A DNA stretch of 64,000 nt from Camelus dromedarius (Eukaryota): the NCBI RefSeq assembly GCF_036321535.1, contig NC_087437.1:62560001-62624000 (forward strand). The letters run 5' to 3'. Shown here in pieces: positions 39,259 to 49,463 of the stretch (within the stretch, counting starts at the first letter, position 1; every line of letters begins with the position of its first letter). Below the pieces are notes generated by a model that was given only the letters and a program-made list of their open reading frames with translations, searched no databases and was not told where the DNA came from. The position numbers were made by a program, and so were the translations under genes.

Positions 39259-40199
39259 GCGTCTCTTTTAAAACATGGCAGGCAATTAGAGATCAAAGGG
39301 CATCTGCAGTGTCCTCCCAGATGTAAAAAAATGGAGAGTGACACTAGTGCCATCATTCCTGGTGGCCAGAGCCAGCATCCAAATACAGGTTCCTGGACTG
39401 GGCTGATGGCTTCCAGAAGGCTTCCCAAGGTTACGTTAAACTTCTCCTGTTAAAAGTGCCTCTGACATTAGGGCCTAATTCTAGACTTCTGGATTCTTGC
39501 CAAATGAACCCCCTCCCATGCAACAGTTACCTAGATATGTTTGTAAAAGTACTTCTCAGCCTATTTGTACTGTTTTCTTCAGAAATGTAGTTTTCACTCT
39601 CAGAATATGTATTGTGGTGGCCCCTTCTGGGGCCATGCTCATACGCTACCTCCCATCACTGCATCACAGTTTGCATATTTCATAAATGACTTGTTTTAGG
39701 ACCATCTTGAATGTGGCTGCATGACAGAGGCCTCCCAAAATACCTTTTGAATGAGCCAAGATTTGACATGTAATTTCCCAAGGAAAAAGAGCCCTCTTGG
39801 TGGGATTGTTACCACTGTGTGCCTCAGGTGGGAGAGCCTGGAAAACTCTTCATGCATATTAACTCATTTCATGTATATTAACCTCTGCTCAGTTTCTTGA
39901 TGTTTCCCTGGATGCTATTTGCAAAAACAAGGATGCAAAAAATATATATCTTCTAGAGCAAGGGCTCCTCTCCCTCAAAGGAATAGCCTGCACAGCAGTT
40001 TTCTTTATCGGTTACTACATAAATCTTAATTATGCACATGACAGCGAAGGCCAAGAGAGGCATATTTCATTTTGGAGTACCCAGAATATGGTGGCTATGA
40101 GAATAGAACTTGTTACAGTATTCTTCAGTAACTATGATTATAAGGAATGATATACTGTAATTAGTAAAGATACTTCCACAGAGGACCATTTACCAGGAT

Positions 40200-40400
40200 G
40201 CGAGGCCAGTGCACGTTCAAATCTAGATTCTAGAACTGGCACTGCCCCCTTTCTACCTCTGTGACCTTGGACCCTTCACTCACCCTCTCTGATGGATGTT
40301 CTCATCTGTCAGATACCCAGAGGGTTTTAGTGAGCAGCAAACAGGACACCAGCTGTAAAGCTCCTTAGATGCTGCCTCCCCACCCGGCCTGTTGAGTAAA
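40200..40400 (+). mobile_element. MIR SINE
   Basis: ctctgtgaccttggacccttcactcaccctctctga...tctcatctgt. Confidence 0.55.
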
Positions 40401-41805
40401 TGTAACTAGCTGGCTGCCCCCTCCCTGCTTTCCCAGAGGAACATTTTCTTTCCCGAAGATAAGCATCAGAGACATTCATGGCATCAAAAGAGGCTGGTTT
40501 CAGAAGTTCTCAACAGGCATCCATCTCACGGTCAGGAATCCTCTAAGAATTCCATCTGTATCCAGGTATTGCTCAAATTCATTTGAAAGGCAACAAGGTC
40601 CCAAAATTTAGGGCTTAGTCATATAATAAGACAGGGCACCTTTTAGATTGGCTGCATGAACCAGGTGAGCTGGGCCGCTCGGTCTGGCATCATCCAGCCT
40701 CTTGCAGCCTGTGGTTGGAGAAAGGTCTTTGGAAAAACTGTAGCATAGTAAGTATCTGATCTTCGTGCTGCTATAGATACCGAAACAGCGATCTCTCACT
40801 GGGATTCATTTTGTTTTAGGTAGGGTGCTGTGTTCACCTCATTCAAGAGCTCGCTGAGCATTCCTCATGTGCCGTGTGCTGTATGGGGTGCCAGGGGTGC
40901 AGAGTTGGAGTTGCTCACAGCATTGAATTTCTAAATGTTTGTTGTCCCTAGAATTTTCCATTCCTTAGAAACTTTCTGGGACTGAGGAATAAGGATAATG
41001 ACCCATGTAAGCTTCTACCTTCATCATCCAGACTTAGTGAGATCTTGAAAGATGGGATGGAGTGTTGGGGAGCCATTTTGAGAGCCTGCCTGGTTCCATG
41101 CTCTGAACTCAGCTCTGGGAATGCAGTTTTCTTACTGCTCTTGCTCCCTGCTCACATTCTGATTCCAGAAGCAGCTTAAGCAGCAGGTCACAGTGACTGT
41201 GAAAAATGGAATAATCTGAGTGTTGGATCTCATGTCCCCACTCTTGTCTCTCTCCTTAGAAGGGGAAGTGTGCCGACAGGAGACCCGGTGATGAGGCCTC
41301 TGCCCACGCCCAGGCCTCTTGAGGCCTGGTCCTTAAGGTCATGAAGTTTGGCTTGTGAAGGAAATAATGGAACTTAAAAAGCAAAGGAAAATCCTAGGAA
41401 GACCGTGAGCATGCCAAAGACGAGATCTCAGTCCTGTATAGAGTTGGGTGGTATTAGCTTTTCCATGTTACAGGACAACCCGATAGAATGTTGTCCGTTC
41501 TTAGTTAACAAGAAGCCATGAGGACCTCTGGTGACTGAAATAGTTGTCCTTAAGGCTCCTTTGGTTCCACTTCTTGGGCGTTGAGCTGTCACTTAGTTTT
41601 GGAAACTGTGACATAACTGATTATAGGACTCCGCTGCTCAGTGCCTTGGTGGGGTGGGGCAGGATTGGATGGAGCCCTGTTTTCCTTTGGGATAAGTGTT
41701 CCTGACTGTCAGAACACTGACCTAAGAGCTCCACCCAGATCCAAATGCTCCCTGGTGTCTGGAATTTGCTCTGAATGAGTTCAACCTGCCAGAAGTTTTG
41801 CTTCT

Positions 41806-42385
41806 TGTTAATGAAAGGAACTGGGTTCTGCTTGTCCAACATGCATCAAAATCAGTCTACTGACACTGGGTTGTGGTGAAGGAAAGTACAGCATTTATTG
41901 CAGGCCAAGCAAGGAGAATAGGCAGCTTGTGCTCAAAAGACTCGAACTCTCCAATGGCCTTCGGGGAAGGGTTTTCACAGGCAACACTGGGGTGAGGGCT
42001 GCATAATCTGATCAGCTCATGGACATTCTTCTGATTGGCTGGTGGTGAGGTAACAGGGTGGTATTTGGGGAAATCTCAATTATCAATTTTCTGCCTCCAG
42101 CTGCCTGGGGTCTAAGGTCTGGGGACTACCGGTGGGTCAGCAAGCATTCAACTTCCTCCACTTGGTGGGGGTTTTAGTTTCTGCAAAACAACTCAAGGAT
42201 ATAGCTCAGGATGTTATCTGTAGCCCTTGAGGAGATGCTAAAGGCTCTTGACTTTGTTTTATGACTAAACTATTACTACTTTGTCTTGCTTGACTGCTTT
42301 CCTTTGTTTCTGCATTTTCTCACTTCTCTGATAAAATTTGCTTTTTAACACTGGGGGAAGGCCTAGAAAGCTAACACTTTTCTGT
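41806..42385 (-). mobile_element. ERV1-class solo LTR, probably truncated at one end
   Basis: Begins TGTTA; ctactgacactgggttgtggtgaaggaaagtacagcatttattgc (AATAAA on the minus strand at 41894-41899); CCAAT on the minus strand in ctgattggctgg. No clean target-site duplication (TSD) found. Confidence 0.75.
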
Positions 42386-44985
42386 CACTGGACACCTTCC
42401 CGAGCCCTGCCTGCTGCCCTCTGACCCAAAGGAGGTGGCCTCCTATCACCCCAGCCCACAACCACCACCCCCAAAAGTCTTGATCAGGTGGCCCCACCAT
42501 CCTTAAGCTAAAGGACTATACTTCCCAGGTTGGTATGTGATTTGACATCATAACGTTGGCCTTTAGGCAGATGTTGCAATAATGCAAGGAGAATCTATTT
42601 GAAGACCCTTTAGTTTACTATGTTGAAATGTGTTTCCTTGGAACCACACTGAGGCTAATTTGTTAGTGTTTGGTGCCCATCATAAGCAAGCACTAAAGAG
42701 TGGTATTATTTGCATCTGGTGCCTTGCCTAGCACCAGCAGTGACACACAGTGGGCCAGCTGCCTGTTACCTGCTTTGACTGTTTACATTGTGGGAAACTG
42801 AGGCCCAGAACCTGGACTAACGCACCTTGTAATTCTTGATTATAGATTCAGACTTGCAAGTAAATAGTTAACCTCCACCAAATTTCACTCATTTTGATTA
42901 GCTTGAGGCCCTTCCCAAATCTTATTACCACCACAGCCCTTCCTGCCACCACCCAAGCATTGAGCCCACATTTTCCAAGTCTTACCTAATAAATGCTCTT
43001 TATTTTGGTCAAAAATTTAGGAAACATTTAGTCTGTGTTTTGCTTAAGTGAGTTTCTCTGGGTTACGTAAGCATATACCAGACCCGGCAGACCAGGCTGG
43101 AGGACACACATGGACCGAGAGTCCGGCTGAAGTGCCCCATCCGTTATTGGTGAAGGCTCAGCGTGTTCCTCTTGGTGCTCAGTGGGCGTCTGGCTGTTCT
43201 TACTGATGAGGCTGGACCTGCTTTCCTTAAATGAACCTTTGTTAGCCCATTCTAATTCGTAAAACGCTCTTGGCATGAATGATTTCATTTAGCTGTTGTT
43301 CTTCTACCAGGAGACTGATGTGGCTGTTACTGATCAGCCCTGCGGGGGAGGCCGTGGCTGAGAAGATTGGCATGTTGGCCACACTCCCCACAGGTGGTTG
43401 GCCCAAAGCCTTGACCTAAGAAAAGCCCGCTTCCCCTAACCCTCAGGGGATGCTCTGCTCTGGGTGGCTGCTTCCTGCCACCTCGCGGCTTGGCTGGGCT
43501 CCTGGCAGCCAGGCTTCAGCATGGCCCACTCATGTGACATTCCAAACCAGCTCTGTCCATTGAGAGTGCAGCTCTAGGCTCTGAACGGTGGCCAGCTGAG
43601 GATGGAATATGGCAACTGTTAACCAACCACAACAACATGACAGCTTGCCAGGTTGGAAATAGTAACCTTCTCATCCTGTTGCAGTGACCAGGAGAGACGG
43701 TGGTGAATTCATGTCTCCCCAGATACCGCTGGCATTTCCCCTGAAGTGCCTGCTGGGCAGATCCGGCAGGTTAAGCTAAATTCAAGATGTTGATCTGAGG
43801 CACCTCTGTTTCTTTTGGTCACCGGCCTTCTGTTTTTCTTTCTGAGTCAGCATTCTTAGGGTCCTGTGAGGACTATAGTTCATTGCACTCAGCTGATTAT
43901 AGACTTCTTTGAAACTGGAAAGGTGAGTTCATTAAGGAACTTGGGCTTTTTCCATCTTCCTTCCATTGCCTTAATCTCCCTGTGATTAATAGAGTTGGGC
44001 CAGAGACCAAGTCCTTTCCTTGGTGCTCTCTTGTGGGATGCAGTAGTCACTAGAAGAGTTTGGCAGCTGGCCATCAGCACTGAGGAATCAGGTGCTAAGA
44101 CCAGAGAGGCAAAGGTGGCCTTTGAGGGGGCTCTGTTGCCTTTGACAGTGGAGTCTTGGCTTTCTAGCCCGATCTGTCATCTCAAAGTGAACTTGAGGTT
44201 TAGAAAAGGTTAGCTTAAAGAAGCATCACACTGTTTGCTTAGTAGTGGTCAGATTTTGCTGCTCAGATACAGAATGCTGTATGCGGTCCAGCCAATAAAG
44301 GCAAAGGATGAGGGGCTTGTCAGGGCGTTGCCTCTTGGGAAGCACCACCAGTTGAACTTGTCAGGGCTGGTTCATTGACACTAAGCCAAAGACAGAGGAG
44401 CAGCTGGCCCTGAGGCTGAGGATGCATCATTGCTCACATCTCTGAAGAGCCTTTTGCTGGAGAAATCTGACCAATATGCAAGAACAGTGCATATTGGGTG
44501 CAAAGCCTATGGCTTCTGCTTGACCATGACCCTTTTGCTGCCACAGGAAAGAGAATTCCTCATCTTTTTTTTCTCATGTCATCCTGAAGTCTCTGGGTCT
44601 CTTGGACATTTGCTAAAACTTAGAAGCATTTCAAGAATCACATTTAAGTTTATAGCATCAATAGTACTTGTTTCTTTTCTCTTTTCCAGCATCGGATATC
44701 TTCCCCCAGGGCTTCAAGCTTGTCCTGATGGCGTTCACAGCCTCCAACCAACAGGTTCTGAGCACCTGTTGTGTGCCAGACACCATGCTAGACATCGGGC
44801 AAACAAAAATAAAACACGGACTTTGATTTTGTATGGGTTTGTGGGCGAGTGAGATGAGGAAAATGAGTAAACACATATATCTGTGTGATGAGTGGTTGTG
44901 TGTCTACACTCTCCCTGTTAACTAAGTCTTCTGGTCAGCTTTAGAAAGTGCTCAAGACTTTTTAATCTTTAAAAAATAAAAAGAT

Positions 44986-45117
44986 GGGGTATAGCTCGGT
45001 GGTAGACTGCGTGCTTAGCATGCACAAGGTCCTGGGTTCAATCCCTAGTACATCCATTAAAACAATGAATAAAACCTGATTACCTCCTGCCACCAAAAAC
45101 AAACAAACAAAAAAAAG
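44986..45117 (+). mobile_element. tRNA-derived SINE, camelid Vic-1-like
   Basis: A box TAGCTCGGTGG (44992), B box GGTTCAATCC (45035), body gtgcttagcatgcacaaggtcctgggttcaatcc...ataaaacctgattacctcc, A-rich tail. Confidence 0.85.
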
Positions 45118-45438
45118 AATAGGAAAAGAGAAACTCTCAGCCTCCCGGCCTGCTCCCTGCAAGCTCCTCTTTCCTCCATGTTCACAGCCATGTTTCACAG
45201 AACATTTGTCTACACCCACTGGCTTCATGTGTCACCTCCCAGTCAGCCCTCACCTCAGTCCAGTTTGGATTCAGCCCCATGGTTCCACCACAGCAGGTCC
45301 TCTGGGTCCCAGATGGCTGTGTCCTGCTGCATCTGAGGCTCGATCAGCCCTCAGGCCCTCCTTCCTCCTCAATCATCCTCTCTTCCTCTTTCCCTTTCTC
45401 CCCTCCCTTTCTTCCATCTATTTATACATATGCGTGCT

Positions 45439-45462
45439 TGCACATGCGCGCGCGCGCATGCG

Positions 45463-45502
<40 letters not shown>
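45439..45502. repeat. Compound (CG)n/(CA)n alternating purine-pyrimidine microsatellite
   Basis: tgcacatgcgcgcgcgcgcatgcgcgcgcgcg followed by (CA)16. Confidence 0.95.
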
Positions 45503-45507
<5 letters not shown>

Positions 45508-45949
45508 CAAGTCCGTCTCTAGCCCCTTGTTACCCATTCTCGTGTCTACTTTTCAAGTACTTCCCTTCCAGGCTGCCCACTCTCTCAATCCATCCTCACA
45601 AGTGAACCCACTCTATTTTTTGCGTCCAAAATGCTTTCTCTTCTCTACTCTTCCAAAACCTGTAGCTTAACCCAGAGCTTGTCCCAGGCTCTCTGGATTT
45701 CTCCCTGCTCTGACCTAGAACAGTAAACGTCAGTGGTGGAGGAATGGTAGAGCTCACCAAGTTACCTCTGTTACTTTACAGATAGGAACATGGAGGCCAA
45801 GGGTGATTTAATGATCAGTGACTAAAAGAGCCAGCCCTGTAGATGGATCTGTTGTACGTTTTTAAACTATAACACAGCCTGGGTCACCTTTAACATTTAT
45901 CTTATGTGTTGTTTTAGTTTTCATTACTTAGTCATGACTGGACTATATT

Positions 45950-46200
45950 GGAGAGGTAGTACATGTAGTTAGGAATATGCGCTCCAGAGTCAAATAAATG
46001 TGGTTTAAATCCTAGCCCTGACACCCACCTGCTGTGTGACTTTGGATAAATTACTTGGCCTCTCTGGGCCTCATTTTCCATATTTGCAAAAATTAGGGTA
46101 ATAATGGTACTACTATGCAGAGTGATTGGAAGGACTAATGAGATAATCCAAGTAAAGTGCTTAGAATATTGCCTGTCCTACTGTAAGTATTCCATGAAGT
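45950..46200 (+). mobile_element. MIR SINE, near full length
   Basis: gctgtgtgactttggataaattacttggcctctctgggcctcattttcc...aatgagataat...gtaaagtgcttagaa. Confidence 0.85.
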
Positions 46201-48269
46201 TTCTCTGTTAAGAGATTTTAATGGCTTGATACTTCAGTGAAATTAGAAGTTTCTTGAAGGCAGTAAACCATACATTTCTTTATCACACATTTACAAAGAA
46301 TTGACCCAGTCCTGAGACCGACAGGCACTCTCTGCCTTTTACTGATGGAGAACCTGGACCACTGCCCGGTCTGGCCAGCGGGTGGCTGAGGTTGCACCAT
46401 AGCTCCCGCCTAAAAAAGGTGCCCCGGCGCCCCCTGCCGAGCCTTGCCAGGTGTTCCAAGGAGAGTGGCAGGAGTGGGACTGGGCTGGTGTGAGGCTTTC
46501 CCGAGAGCTGAGCTCCGGGGTCGGTGCCGAGCCGGGGCAGTGCTGTGCTTTCTTGGGGAGGAGCAGCCCTTCCCTTCGCTGGAGGGTTCTCCAGTCAGTA
46601 ACTCCTCCTTGCCAAGAGAAGGCTGTGTTTACAGGCTTAGGAAGCCCGTGGTGAGAAGGACACAGCCGTTCCAGAGCGACTTCTCTCTGGCCCCTGGAGG
46701 TTCATTTAGTTTCTGCTGAGGTGCCCGGAGCCAGGCTGATCCCTCATGAGGGAACTGGGTGGCTGTCCTGTGCATTTCAAAAATCTCTGTTCTCCACTTT
46801 GGCGGCACCAAAGCCAGCGCGTGGAAGGAAACGCGGAGATGGTGGGAGGGGCGCGTCCCTGGGGGGACCAGGCTGGGAGACACAGAGAACACCCTCCCTG
46901 CCGCACAGGCAGCCCAGCGGGCCGTTGTGTAACCTAACCTGCTGGTCCACAAAGCGCCAGGCAGCGCGCCCCACTAGGAGGGATTTCCCCTTCCCTCTGG
47001 AAGCCCGTGTGTGCGTTTGGCCACAGAGAGGTCAGCCCGCGTCTGGCTGTGGTTCTCCACGGAGACTTGAGTGAGTGCCTGGGATGTCTGTGACTCCGGC
47101 CCCTCTGCTTTGCGTCCATGGGCTCAGAGAGCTGCTCCGGACTCCCACCTCGTGCTGAGGAGGGCAGGTCCATGTGCCTCTCTGCTCAGCTGTGTCTGGG
47201 GCCCCGAGTCACACAGACAGCGGTGGAACAGAGGCTCTGTGCGGGTTTTCCTACTCTTCTCAGGTGGTGGCTTTGAAGAGTTACAGAAGTCAGGCCCAGG
47301 GTCTCACCCAGAGGTGTCCACACTGCAGACCAGACTGCCTTCTGTGACAGGGAGGTCACCCAAGTGAGCAGAGGCTTTCCAGCCCACACCCCTCCTGTCT
47401 CTTTTCTCTCTTACCACTTCCTGTTTACACGCCACCTATCCTGAGAAGAGGGGAGAGATGGGGAGATGGGCAGACAGAGGGCTGTGAGAGGAGGGATGCT
47501 GGGGGCTGCGAGAGGGAGATGCCCATGGGGTGCTCTGGGAGAGGCAGAAACAGAGGGTGCACACTTGTGTGCCAGGGACACTGACTGTGGGGAGAGGCAG
47601 AGGGAGGGAGACTGGGAGAAGAGCAAGGGAAGCACCCTTCCCTCCTGGGGAGCTCAGCCCAGCCCTCCCTCTGCCAGAGCCTCGAGGTGGGGGGGGGGTG
47701 GGTGGAGCCTCGAGGTGGAGGGTGGGTGGCGGAGGCGGAAGCTACATTCCGGAGCTGGATGGGAACTATTTTTGGACCAGCTATGGAGAGATGATCTGAC
47801 GTCTGCTTGGTTGTGACCCTTGCTCCTGAGCCCAGCCAGGACAGGGAGAAGAGACCCACTTCTTGTTTCTGCCCTGTCCCAGGCTGCCTCCTTCCTTCCT
47901 CCAGCCCCAGGGCCCTCAGGCACATCCTCTGAGGTCACCCCAGGGCCACTTCGGGCCTCTGCAGACCCAGAGTTCAGCTTGGGGCTCAGGGCCACGGATG
48001 TCCTGCCCTGGACATCCAGCTGTCCCCCTCCTGCTGAGGGCCAGAGAGCTCCCCAGCAGGGCTCAGGCTCTGAGGGGCCAGTGAGCAACTCCACCAGGCC
48101 CTGGGGGTTCTCACTTTTGGCTGGATGTGGATTAGGTAATCTTATGGGAGCTTTTAACCTTGGAAGTTTTTGATCCAAGCTCCCAGAAAATGTTTCCTTC
48201 TCCCATTCTCTGAGAAGATCTACCCCATGCCTCCCTGCGATCACCCTCCCCATAACAACATGATGAAGC

Positions 48270-48500
48270 CAGCCTGCATTAACTGAGCACTTACTATATG
48301 CCAAACACTAAGTGCTTTATGCAGCTTAAGTGATTGAACTCACACAAAAACCCACTGAGGGAGGCATCTTTATTGGCCTCATTTTAAAATGAAGAAACCA
48401 AGATGCAGAGAGCGTAACCGTCAGTCACTGCTGGTAAATTGCAGATTCAGGAGGCCAACCCAGGCTCTGATTGCAGAAGCCACGTGTCAACCACCACACT
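48270..48500 (-). mobile_element. MIR SINE
   Basis: actgagcacttactatatgccaaacac...cattttaaaatgaagaaaccaag. Confidence 0.75.
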
Positions 48501-48845
48501 CTGCTGCCTCATTTTCCGAATATTTCCTTGTATCCCCGCTCTGTTGTCTGCCACCCATGCTCCACAGTAAACAAGCTCCCCTTCAGCCTCTGCCTTATGC
48601 AGGAATGCCCACCCCCTCCTTTTCCTGAGAGCTTCAGGACTGGCCTCCTCCCACACAGAGATGGCATTCTTCTCAGTTAGCAGACCCTTGCTTTCCACCC
48701 GCTCTCTGAGGTTGTGCCCTCCCACTGTGTGATCCCTGACTTTTCCTCCTCCCTGCCTGTCCCTGTCACCCCTGCACGGAGGCGCTGTGACTCAGTCCAA
48801 CACACTGGCCTCCAAGCCCCTTGCTCTCTCAGCTCCAGGGGTGGT

Positions 48846-49463
48846 TGTGTGCCGCAGCAGGGGCTTTATGTGCAGTGGTGGAGTCTGGTGGAGGGGGCAG
48901 GGCACAACCACTGAAGGAGCGACACAGCAACTGAGGACAGGTAGACCGGTTAGAACCAAGATGGCGGAATATTCGACTTCCAGTAGACCTTGAGCCTCAT
49001 GGCACACCCACAGGCGCCATGGCATTTCCCAGGCTGACCATAAAAGCTCAAAAAGTGTGAAATCCTTGCCCCTTCCTCAGAGTAGTTGGAATAATCCTAC
49101 TCATTAGCATGTGAAATTGCTGAGCCCATAAAAACTAACCACCCCACCTCACGGTCACTCTCGCTCTGGCTCTGTTGCCCCAGCTCTGTCGCGCTCACCT
49201 TCTGAGGTGGCCCACACTCTGTGGAGTGCGTATCAGCTTTTACTTTAAATACCCCACACCTTGGCTTCTCTCCCTCTCACCTTTCTGAGATGGGCCACAC
49301 TCTGCCTATGGAGTGTGTATCTCCTGAGCCATTCTCCCTTCTGAGGGAGACAGACTGCACTCTGTCTATGGAGGTATCTCTCTAAATAAACTTGCGTTCA
49401 CTTTACCATGCCTTGCTTTTGAATTCTTTCCTGCGTGAGGCAAGGACCTATTCTCCCCCAACA
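48846..49463 (+). mobile_element. MER41-like ERV1 solo LTR in sense orientation
   Basis: ggttagaaccaagatggcgg...gacttccagtagaccttgagcctc...gctgaccataaaa...gcccataaaaactaacc; AATAAA at 49385, then ttgaattctttcctgcgtgag, ending CAACA. The 5' boundary is uncertain. Confidence 0.8.

Noticed and set aside
44986..45060. tRNA-Ala/Cys-like gene
   Set aside because: No clean acceptor stem, and it continues into a SINE-type body and A-rich tail, so it is a SINE head and not a tRNA gene.
49200..49380. Spaced direct repeats resembling a CRISPR-like array
   Set aside because: Three degenerate copies with related intervening sequence inside an LTR in eukaryotic DNA; ordinary LTR internal duplication.
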